NCBI GenBank assembly: GCA_965215195.1
Contig: CBDCDC010000002.1
Location: forward strand, 4,352,001 to 4,416,000
Length of the DNA: 64,000 nucleotides
Reading direction: 5' to 3'
From: Candidatus Latescibacterota bacterium
GTDB taxonomy: Bacteria; Latescibacterota; UBA2968; UBA8231
Shown here one piece after another: positions 9,672 to 17,711 of the stretch. The position numbers were made by a program, and so were the translations under genes. Every line of letters starts with the position of its first letter. Positions within the stretch are counted from its first letter, which is position 1. Below the pieces are notes generated by a model. That model made no database searches. It saw nothing but the letters and a program-made list of their open reading frames with translations, and had not been told where the DNA came from.

Positions 9672-12059
9672 ATGTTGGACCGTAGCACATTATCTATTCT
9701 AGTCCTATTCCATGGATGTAGCTCCGTTCATACTAGACGAGCTTGTGAGATCGCCCGACAATTACGACACCGAGGCTACGAGGTTCGGCTAGCAGGAGAT
9801 GGGCCTTATGCGGAGCAATTTTCCCAAAAGGGAGAAGAAATATGCAGTGTTGAAACATTGCCTCTAGATATTCACCGAGACCAGACTGAGCTATTGGACT
9901 ATAGGTCGTGCGATACTGAATGGATCGATTCTTGCGTAAAATCCGAACGGTCTTTGATTGAGGAGTACAAGCCCGATCTAATTATACACTCCTTGAAACC
10001 AACGGCTTCAGTTGCAGCATATTTGGAAGGTGTTGACGAAGTTGAAATAATCCAAGGATACGATCAACCAGGCGGTCATCTTCCTCTTCAGACCCTATCT
10101 GTACTACCATCGCGAGATACGTTTGCAGAATACTTAAAAAGCAAAGTCTGCGAAATCAAAAAAAGAAATAAGTACTTCCTAATCGCCGATATACCCGATC
10201 TATATCCTACACTAGAGTTTAGTGCTAGTGGATTCCATTATATAGGACCTCTTTTGCCAGCCATGAGAAAAAAAAGAGACGGACGGAAGGTGATTCGCAA
10301 ACGGGGTACACCATTTCCTACCGTCTATATAAAGGATCCCAAAAATCTCCTAAGAGAAGATATACTTAGACAAGTTGAGTCCGGGACAAAGATGCCTTAT
10401 CGCTTACTAGTAGAATCTACCAGAGGAGTAAAATGGTCTAAAAGCCGTGTAGAGTTTGTCGACGAAAGATATAGAGAGCCACCATGGGAAAGAATACGTA
10501 TAATAGTTGGAGATTTAGATATAGAGACTCTATACAGTGCTTTATCTCATGGAGTTTTGCCTGTCGGTATAGCTACTACTTTAGACCAAGAGCTCCATCT
10601 CGATAGACTCGAAGCAGTTAATCTGGGTTTCAAGATAGATCCAGATATGTTTAGCTATCATATTGTTACACAAGCAGTAGGAAAAATACTAGATACTTGG
10701 GATAAAATGGAGGTTCGATTAGAACACGTTGTTAAGATCTTGGAAAGATGGTATACAAAAGATGTCGTCGCTGACTGGGTAGATAATTATTTTGTGAACC
10801 GGCATACGGTACTCCGTTACGATCCCAGATTTCTAGTAAGCGAAAACGAATTCTTACAGCAACTCGACGGCACTACTCCCTCCACGCTATCAATTGAGTC
10901 ACTACGTAAAATGCTACAGCAAGGTATTCAAAGAGGAATACCTCACTGGCGACAGGGCAATCAGTACTTCTTCGACATAATAGATTCTTGGAACTGGCTT
11001 TACGAAAAGGAAGATCGATTTTTCGAGGCTGAATACAGAGCCTGTGATCAAAGGCGGAGTACCTTCTTCGATATAGATGAAATGGGCAACATACGTTCAA
11101 AATCTCATATTCAACGCTATAAAGTAACCTACTCTTACGACATACACCTCACTGAAAAATCGGATCAACAGTTAAGAGCTTTTATACCATATCCTTTAGA
11201 GACAGAAGAACAAAAGGCAGTTAATCTAATTAGCTGTTTCCCAGAGGATATGAGAGACTATTTACGCGGCAAGTTTGGATTCTTCTACGCGTACCCTTTC
11301 ACTGCAAATTCGGCAAATTTTTCATATACTTGCGAACTTGAAGTCAGTAAGTACAATGCTAAAGGTAGGGGTGAGTACATCCTCCCAGAGTGGGAGAGAT
11401 CGAGATATTTGTACACCGGCGAAGGCTTGGCAAAACTTCCAGAGTTAGATCAAATGCTCTCTGAGATACTCGAAGCATCTGCGTCCTGTGATAAAAAAGA
11501 ACTAGCTTGGGCCTTCTACAGCAAACTAGTCAGAACCAAAAAATTCAGAAAGACTAAACCACCTGCGATGGGTCTAGTTGATAGTTCAGCTACCTTACTA
11601 AATAGTAGCGGTGGTAATTGTATTCACTTTGCCAGAACCTTTATATCTCTGTGTCGAATGGTAGGTATTCCTGCTCGGGAGAGATGTGGAACCTTGTTAG
11701 GATACCCAATTTCTGAAAAGGTGTACGAATACAGCAGTATAAACGAGCCTATAATAGGCCACACATGGGCCGAAATCTACCTAGAAGAAGCAGGCTGGAT
11801 ACCCGTCGAATTCCTCAGTGTGGCTATCGGCGAAGTTTCTATAAACGAATACAATATCAAGGATCCTAAATTAAAAAAATATATAAAGCAAAATAATCGC
11901 TCTTTTGAATCTTATTATTTTGGCCATTTAGATAACCAACGACTCATGTTTTCCAATTCTGTGAAGACACTACCTCTATGCTTAACAAAAGGTGTGGATG
12001 AATGGGAACCTCTTCCAAACATACAATGCCAATATCGTATGAGAGTGGAGTGCATATAA
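9672..12059 (+). CDS. Fusion protein: GT-B (GT1/GT28-like) glycosyltransferase + wHTH-like linker + transglutaminase-like domain
   Basis: HTRRACEIARQLRHRGYEVRLAG, YKPDLII, HYIGPL and ALSHGV...DQELH are GT1/MGT-like. C-terminal GGNCIHFA...LCRMVGIPAR...HTWAEIYLEEAGWIPVE is the TGase core. ATG at 9672 is preferred over the track start at 9378. Confidence 0.75.
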   Translation: MLDRSTLSILVLFHGCSSVHTRRACEIARQLRHRGYEVRLAGDGPYAEQFSQKGEEICSVETLPLDIHRDQTELLDYRSCDTEWIDSCVKSERSLIEEYKPDLIIHSLKPTASVAAYLEGVDEVEIIQGYDQPGGHLPLQTLSVLPSRDTFAEYLKSKVCEIKKRNKYFLIADIPDLYPTLEFSASGFHYIGPLLPAMRKKRDGRKVIRKRGTPFPTVYIKDPKNLLREDILRQVESGTKMPYRLLVESTRGVKWSKSRVEFVDERYREPPWERIRIIVGDLDIETLYSALSHGVLPVGIATTLDQELHLDRLEAVNLGFKIDPDMFSYHIVTQAVGKILDTWDKMEVRLEHVVKILERWYTKDVVADWVDNYFVNRHTVLRYDPRFLVSENEFLQQLDGTTPSTLSIESLRKMLQQGIQRGIPHWRQGNQYFFDIIDSWNWLYEKEDRFFEAEYRACDQRRSTFFDIDEMGNIRSKSHIQRYKVTYSYDIHLTEKSDQQLRAFIPYPLETEEQKAVNLISCFPEDMRDYLRGKFGFFYAYPFTANSANFSYTCELEVSKYNAKGRGEYILPEWERSRYLYTGEGLAKLPELDQMLSEILEASASCDKKELAWAFYSKLVRTKKFRKTKPPAMGLVDSSATLLNSSGGNCIHFARTFISLCRMVGIPARERCGTLLGYPISEKVYEYSSINEPIIGHTWAEIYLEEAGWIPVEFLSVAIGEVSINEYNIKDPKLKKYIKQNNRSFESYYFGHLDNQRLMFSNSVKTLPLCLTKGVDEWEPLPNIQCQYRMRVECI

Positions 12060-14572
12060 TGGACATAAGTGTAATTGTAGCCACATATAATCAGAAAGAA
12101 CGTCTCCGTCTCGTGTTGAGAGGTTTAGAAAGTCAGAGTATTCCAAACGATCACTTTGAAATACTAGTGGTTGACGACGGTTCAACAGACGGTACTGGAG
12201 CAATGCTGAAATCACTGAAGATGCAGAATCTCGAAGTTGAATCTTTTGAAACGAACCAAGGCCGCTGCCGAGCACGGAACAAAGGAATTGAACGGGCACA
12301 TGGTTCGTTAGTCGTTTTTTTAGATGGAGATGCATTACCGGCTCCGAATCTACTCCAGTGCTACTTAGAAGCCTATAAAGAGAATGGTCAGAAATCAGTA
12401 TTTTGTGGGTACCAGTATGTCCTTCCCAATCTAGAGTATTTCCAAGATCCTCAGACAGGTTCTCTCTTGGATATCTCGCTGCCTTATTCACTGCGTCGGC
12501 ACTTGGCTCTACATCGAGATAAGATGATTGTCACAGAGGATATGGTATGCAATGAGTTCGATAGTATTATTGAAAAAGCAGTAGAAGGAGGCTATCCGTT
12601 TGAAGCAGTTCGTACTATGCAGCGAGAATCTCTCGATCTTTACGAAACTGTCGCAGAACCGGCACTAGGCTGGATTGGATTATACCCTCACAATGTGGCC
12701 ATACCGTTAAAGCTACTAGAAAAAGTAGGGAAATTCGATGATACCATACCTTTTTGTGAAGGATGGGAACTTGGCTATCGCCTAAAGGCGGCAGGTGGAC
12801 AATTTATCAGTGTCCAAGCCTCTTCTTACCACCTATACCATCATCATAATTTCTCCGATCCTGAGAAAGCAAAAGCCGAAAGAGTGAAGCGATATGCTGC
12901 GGTTGAGTACATAGCCTGCAAACATAGCGACCCCTTGGTGCGTCTGATCCACTTCTGGTGGGCACATCTGTGGCCTAATCCTTTTCTTCCAGAGGAGTCA
13001 GTTATAGACAGTCTGATTGAATTTGACCATATCTACCGAACTATTTCTGAAACAGATAGAAAAGAATACCAAGAGATCCTAGATGCACTTCCACAGCTTG
13101 ACCTAGATACCGAGCTTCCTGCTCATTGCAAATTTAGCTCTGCTGAAAGTAATGTATCCGAACTAGTTGACCAGCAAGATGGTCCTGAAGAATGGGAAAT
13201 CATTTTAGCCTCTGCTGACGAGCACTGGCAAAACGGTCGTCTAGAATCCGCCTTATCCCAAATCGAACTAGCAAAAGAAGTTAACCGTCTTCGGGGTGGT
13301 ACAACTATAGGATTAGCTAACATACTGATCTCCCAAGGCAAAGTTTACGAGCTGAAAGGCGAATTAGACAAGGCAAATCAATGTTATGATGAGGCCATAT
13401 CAATTTTTTCACAAACTGAGGATGATGAGAGTACAAGGAAGCTAGCTGTAGGATATACCTGCAAAGGGTTTATCACACAGCTACAAGGAAATCTCACTGA
13501 GGCTGCTGATTTTTATATAAAAGCACAGAGCCTTAACAAAAAAATAAATTGTCGAGAAGATTATGCCTTAGTTACTAGCAACTTGGGTACTGTGCATTTA
13601 CTAAAAGGCGACTTGAATTCAGCAGAGAAACTTTACGAGGAATCTATAGCTATTTACAAAGAAATTGGAGACTCCGAAGGAATTGCTAGCCAGTACAATT
13701 CACTTGCAAATTTAAGAAAAATTCAAGGCCGTATTTACGAAGCACGTACTCTACTGGAACAGGCTATTGGTATAGATAAAAAGATGGATAGAAAAGAGGG
13801 ATTGGCATTGCATTATGGATTATTTTCCTCGATACACCTTCTAATGGGAAATATGGAAGAAGCACTAGAGTGCGGCAAAGCTGCTTTAGAAGCTAATCAA
13901 AGCTTGGCGGATGAAAAGGGAAAAGCGTACTCATATAGAATACTAGCGAATGTGCATTTCTATCGTGGGGATTTTCCTCTGGCAGAATCTTATCTGCATC
14001 ATTCTATAAGCCTATTTGAACGTATAGGTATGTCATCCGATGTGATTGAGTGTTATTTATCTCTTGGAAAATTGTACGCTCATAGTAAAAAATTTGATAA
14101 AGCCAAGGAATTCCTATGCAATTACCTACGCCTTGCTCCAGACTCGCCTAACCAGCAAACTATTGCTGCAGCCCGAGCTACTTTAAGTCTCGTATATATC
14201 CAATGCGGACAATATGAAGACGCGTACCAAGAGCAGAAGACTGCACTGGGGATATACGAAGCCGAGGACGATGAAAAGGGCACCGCCTACGGATTTGCTA
14301 GTCTAGGCGAGATACATCAGCTTAGAGGACAATGGATTGAAGCAGAATCTTGTTATAGTAGAGCTCTGTCTATATGCAAGAAGATAGGTGACGAACTCGG
14401 ACAAGGGCTTGCCTATATGGGGATGGGAGATGTGGCTGCCCAAAAAGAGTCAAAAGCAAGAGCTGTCGCTTTGTGGACGATGGCATCAAAAATTTTCGCC
14501 GGAATGAATATGTATAACTACGCTGACCGAGTCGAAGAAAAGATAAAGACTGTTCAAGGATCAGAACTATAG
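12059..14572 (+). CDS. GT2 (GT-A) glycosyltransferase with a long C-terminal TPR array
   Basis: ISVIVATYN, VVDDGSTDGT, ARNKGI, VVFLDGD (DxD), GKFDD and EGWELGYRL, followed by many helical TPR-like repeats. ATG overlaps the upstream stop (TAATG). Confidence 0.88.
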   Translation: MDISVIVATYNQKERLRLVLRGLESQSIPNDHFEILVVDDGSTDGTGAMLKSLKMQNLEVESFETNQGRCRARNKGIERAHGSLVVFLDGDALPAPNLLQCYLEAYKENGQKSVFCGYQYVLPNLEYFQDPQTGSLLDISLPYSLRRHLALHRDKMIVTEDMVCNEFDSIIEKAVEGGYPFEAVRTMQRESLDLYETVAEPALGWIGLYPHNVAIPLKLLEKVGKFDDTIPFCEGWELGYRLKAAGGQFISVQASSYHLYHHHNFSDPEKAKAERVKRYAAVEYIACKHSDPLVRLIHFWWAHLWPNPFLPEESVIDSLIEFDHIYRTISETDRKEYQEILDALPQLDLDTELPAHCKFSSAESNVSELVDQQDGPEEWEIILASADEHWQNGRLESALSQIELAKEVNRLRGGTTIGLANILISQGKVYELKGELDKANQCYDEAISIFSQTEDDESTRKLAVGYTCKGFITQLQGNLTEAADFYIKAQSLNKKINCREDYALVTSNLGTVHLLKGDLNSAEKLYEESIAIYKEIGDSEGIASQYNSLANLRKIQGRIYEARTLLEQAIGIDKKMDRKEGLALHYGLFSSIHLLMGNMEEALECGKAALEANQSLADEKGKAYSYRILANVHFYRGDFPLAESYLHHSISLFERIGMSSDVIECYLSLGKLYAHSKKFDKAKEFLCNYLRLAPDSPNQQTIAAARATLSLVYIQCGQYEDAYQEQKTALGIYEAEDDEKGTAYGFASLGEIHQLRGQWIEAESCYSRALSICKKIGDELGQGLAYMGMGDVAAQKESKARAVALWTMASKIFAGMNMYNYADRVEEKIKTVQGSEL

Positions 14573-14627
14573 TGTAATATCATAAGGCGATACCTTCGCA
14601 AAAGGCGAGTAATAATTCCTATCAAGT

Positions 14628-15173
14628 ATGACACTTTGTAAAAGTAAATTAACAATTGGAGCGGCTATAATATTAGTCATTTTTTTTGCTGCTACCTTGC
14701 AATTAATCGCCGTGTTCGTTACGAATGAAAGCATATACCGTAACGCGATGGCGTGGTTGAAAGGTGCGGAATACGAAGGAACGGAAGGAGTCGTTCTACA
14801 GACACGTAAGATGAATTGTGGTCCTGCATCTCTTAAAATGGTCTTGGATAGCCTAGGTATAGACCAAGAACTTACAGATATTGAAGACATGATTAGATTG
14901 GACGAGACAGGTTCTTCTTTATTCGACTTGATGAAATACGCCGAAAGTCAAGGAGTACATGCTGAAGCTTGGAGGCTAAATATAGATGACCTAGAGAGCA
15001 AACCACTTCCTGTGGTAGTCTTTATTGAGGATGATCACTTTGCTGTGCTGGACCAGATCAACGAACACGGTGAGGTCATCTTGCGAGATCCAGCCATCGG
15101 CAGGCTCAGAATTAGGAAATGGGCATTCAACCGTATATGGAAAGGAGAGACTTTGATATTGACAAAAAAATAA
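14628..15173 (+). CDS. Stand-alone C39 (double-glycine leader) peptidase with an N-terminal membrane anchor
   Basis: QTRKMNCGPASLKMVL (Gln/Cys), DHFAVL (His) and LRDPAIG (Asp). Hydrophobic residues ~8-31. No ABC transporter domains. Confidence 0.85.
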   Translation: MTLCKSKLTIGAAIILVIFFAATLQLIAVFVTNESIYRNAMAWLKGAEYEGTEGVVLQTRKMNCGPASLKMVLDSLGIDQELTDIEDMIRLDETGSSLFDLMKYAESQGVHAEAWRLNIDDLESKPLPVVVFIEDDHFAVLDQINEHGEVILRDPAIGRLRIRKWAFNRIWKGETLILTKK

Positions 15174-15175
15174 AA

Positions 15176-15204
15176 CATTCACCATGTGGAGGTAGGGGTT
15201 GTCA
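15176..15204. repeat. Left arm of an imperfect inverted repeat flanking the precursor gene
   Basis: cattcaccatgtggaggt... is the reverse complement (17/18) of ...acctctacatggtgaatg at 15562-15579. Confidence 0.8.
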
Positions 15205-15231
15205 TCTTCTCTTTTAAGAAAGGAGAACATC

Positions 15232-15504
15232 ATGACCAAACTTATCAACACGAAAGGTGTAACAGCTCTGGCGACAGCCTTGGGCTTATGCGCCTACAGT
15301 ATCGCACCTAGCAACAGTGCCATCATCTCCAAGCCTATTACGCCTTCTGAGGCTCGGGACATCAAGGGTGGCATTCTCCCTTGGGCACTGGTAGGTTGGG
15401 CCATAGCAGCTGACGTCGCACTCACAGTTGGTGCGATGTCCCTTTACGGGAATCTAGAGACTTCAAGGCAACAACGAGAAGGATCTTACGCCCGCAACCC
15501 GTAA
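15232..15504 (+). CDS. Putative RiPP/bacteriocin precursor (90 aa): signal-like N-terminus, double-glycine site, 43-aa core
   Basis: Strong RBS AAGGAG. ...ITPSEARDIKGG|ILPWALVGWAIAAD... matches the LSxxELxxIxGG consensus. Directly downstream of the C39 peptidase gene. Confidence 0.78.
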   Translation: MTKLINTKGVTALATALGLCAYSIAPSNSAIISKPITPSEARDIKGGILPWALVGWAIAADVALTVGAMSLYGNLETSRQQREGSYARNP

Positions 15505-15550
15505 GAAGACTGAAAAACAACAAACAAAACCTGTAAGAAGCTAACCTAGG

Positions 15551-15579
15551 TGAAACCCGCAACCTCTACATGGTGAATG
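15551..15579. repeat. Right arm of the inverted repeat flanking the precursor gene
   Basis: tgaaacccgcaacctctacatggtgaatg pairs with 15176-15204. Confidence 0.8.
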
Positions 15580-15582
15580 GAC

Positions 15583-15616
15583 GAGCTACCAGTCTTTTCA
15601 TCGAGACTGGTAGCTC
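15583..15616 (+). terminator. 13-bp perfect hairpin downstream of the precursor (terminator or 3' stabiliser)
   Basis: gagctaccagtct-tttcatcg-agactggtagctc. No U-tract follows, so it is not a canonical intrinsic terminator. Confidence 0.5.
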
Positions 15617-15857
15617 AAAATCTTCGCTAACTAAGAGAAGGACTCTACGACTTTGAATGCCTTAGTGTTTCTTTTAGGGATGATTCAGCCTATCGCCTAT
15701 AAGGCGAGGGTCGCTTTAGTTGGGCTGAATGGTCTTTTGCATGTTGAGCAATTTTCGGTGTCATGCTATGGACTATGAGGTTTTACCACACTATCTTAAG
15801 GTATTGGTTCGGACTTGAGGGGTGTACTTCAAGCATTTAGAAGAGGCAGGTGTACTC

Positions 15858-16661
15858 ATGAAAAAAATCCGTACAATGGACCAACACATTTATCCCTTAT
15901 TTACCAGAAAGTTTGAAAATATACGATGTAGGACATTTTCTACCTTTCTACTAGCTATTTTTATGTTCTTCTTTTTTCGCTATACTGTCGATACTATACT
16001 TAATCTATTCGCTTTGAGCGACTACCTTCTCATATTATTATGTACTATTCCTTATGTTTTACTTATTTTAATTGTCGTGGCATTCTCTAAGATAGAGAAA
16101 CAGGATCTGACCATCCAAACCTTGGGATTATCCCCTCAAATTCCCAGAAGATCAAAAAGATTCGTTTTGACGTTTATTTTTTTATCGTTAGTATCCGGAG
16201 TAGGTATATTGGTCTTTTTCCTTTACATGAAGCTCCAAGGGATTGATATCCACTTAATACACCCCAACCCTACTCTAATACCTTGGACTGAGGAAGCCGA
16301 CTGGGATGAAAAATTTCGTACTATATTTCTCCTTATTATTCCATATTCAGTTCGTGCTTTATTGATTGCCCCTGTTATAGAGGAGGCATATTTTACAGGC
16401 CTGATTTTCCCTGCTCTAAGGAATCGATTGGGGTTCGTTCTCGGCTTCACTATTACCGCTTTTCTCTTCAGCTATCACCATTACTCTCCGTTTTTAGAAG
16501 GACATCTAAGGGAATTTATCATTATGTTTATGTCACAAAGTCTTTCATTTTTTTTCTATCAGGGTACGCGCTCTCTTTATCCTTCTATAATATACCATTC
16601 TTTACGCAATATGTCAGTTTTGGCTATTGAACTCTCAGCCTTTATCCCAACTCAGTCCTAA
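15858..16661 (+). CDS. CPBP/Abi (CAAX-type) intramembrane metalloprotease
   Basis: APVIEEAYFTG, FSYHH and IIYHSLRN motifs with multiple TM helices. Start could be 15822, 15858 or 15876. Confidence 0.82.
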   Translation: MKKIRTMDQHIYPLFTRKFENIRCRTFSTFLLAIFMFFFFRYTVDTILNLFALSDYLLILLCTIPYVLLILIVVAFSKIEKQDLTIQTLGLSPQIPRRSKRFVLTFIFLSLVSGVGILVFFLYMKLQGIDIHLIHPNPTLIPWTEEADWDEKFRTIFLLIIPYSVRALLIAPVIEEAYFTGLIFPALRNRLGFVLGFTITAFLFSYHHYSPFLEGHLREFIIMFMSQSLSFFFYQGTRSLYPSIIYHSLRNMSVLAIELSAFIPTQS

Positions 16662-16786
16662 TTAGCACAGGAAAAACCTTCGGTGCCGTTTTAAGCTTAT
16701 GGTTAGTCTAGTATATATCAAATACGTTCTTAGTGAATACGATGTTATGAAAATAAATCCATCTCTTTTAATAAGGAGGATAACTC

Positions 16787-17488
16787 GTGGAAGCCGCACT
16801 CCAGACTGAAATCGGCCTCGTCGGCCGCATGATCCGGATCTTCTACGCACCCAGCAAGACCTTTGAATCCTTCGCTCATAAGCACAGCACTGCCGACTGG
16901 CTTATGCCCGCCATTCTGAGCACCGTAGTTGCCACAATTGCTGCCGTGCTCGTCATGCCCGTCACGACTGAGTTCAATCAGGAGGCCATACAACAGCGTA
17001 TTCAGGGTATGTCTGCTCAACAGCGAGAGGCAGTAGAGCAATCCCAAATCGAGGGTATGATACAGGCCATTACGCTGATCTCCACACCTATTGTGCTTTT
17101 CATTTTTCTTTTTCTTTTTGCCGCGTCTTGCCTACTGATGGGCAAATTACTCGGCGGCCTACTCTCCTACGGCCAAGTCCTAACCATCGTAGCCTATGCG
17201 GGGTTGATCGCTATTCCCCAACATATTGTCAAGACATTGCTAATATTGGCCAAAAAGACACCGATGGTGCAAATGGGCTTGGGGGTGTTCCTCTCCGAAG
17301 AGGCCCTACAAAGCTTCAGTGGTCGCTTATTGTCTCTCATTGATCCCTTTGTCGTTTGGAGCGTTGTGATTACTGGTCTCGGTCTGTCCATTGTCGGACA
17401 GTTCGATCGCAGCAAAGCCTACACTGGGATTGGTGTCATAATGATTGTTTGGTTTTCCTTCGCTGCTGCCCTAGGTAGTATCGGCTAG
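16787..17488 (+). CDS. Yip1 family membrane protein
   Basis: RIFYAPSKTFE...WLMP N-terminus, about 5 TM helices and IDPFVVW motif. RBS AAGGAGG before GTG. Confidence 0.78.
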   Translation: MEAALQTEIGLVGRMIRIFYAPSKTFESFAHKHSTADWLMPAILSTVVATIAAVLVMPVTTEFNQEAIQQRIQGMSAQQREAVEQSQIEGMIQAITLISTPIVLFIFLFLFAASCLLMGKLLGGLLSYGQVLTIVAYAGLIAIPQHIVKTLLILAKKTPMVQMGLGVFLSEEALQSFSGRLLSLIDPFVVWSVVITGLGLSIVGQFDRSKAYTGIGVIMIVWFSFAAALGSIG

Positions 17489-17489
17489 T

Positions 17490-17705
17490 CTTTCGGAGCA
17501 TGCCCTTGAACTGTTCGCCAAAGAGGAAATCCGCGATCCCTTCCAACCCTCTTGGGGCTACGACGAAGCCTGCGCTCGATTGGGTCTCATGCGTCAGGAG
17601 GCCGGCGACATCGAGGGAGCGCGGGAAGCCTTTGTCAAAGCCCTCGAAGTGAATCCCAACAACGGCTGGGTAAAAAACCACTTATTACCGGAATTGGAGC
17701 GCTAG
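17490..17705 (+). pseudogene. Start-less 3' remnant of a TPR protein paralogous to 19968..20753
   Basis: Frame from 17499 reads HALELFAKEEIRDPFQPSWGYDEACARLGLMRQEAGDIEGAREAFVKALEVNPNNGWVKNHLLPELER*. This aligns with RAAELFAQEEPTDPIHPAWG...AFAKALEIDPDFGWVKYVLLPELEK. In-frame stop upstream at 17472. Confidence 0.75.
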
Positions 17706-17711
17706 TACGCA

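Larger units (their letters stand above)
9240..16780. other. Low-GC accessory island containing the putative RiPP biosynthetic genes
   Basis: Marked AT enrichment and A/T-ending codons versus the flanks. Boundaries approximate. Confidence 0.75.

Noticed and set aside
12059-15504. Calling the cluster a classical glycocin (sublancin-type) locus
   Set aside because: The core lacks cysteines, and there is no Bdb oxidoreductase or SunT-like transporter.
11580-15504. Lasso peptide cluster (because of the transglutaminase-like domain)
   Set aside because: No asparagine-synthetase-like lasso cyclase, and the precursor has a GG site rather than a lasso leader.
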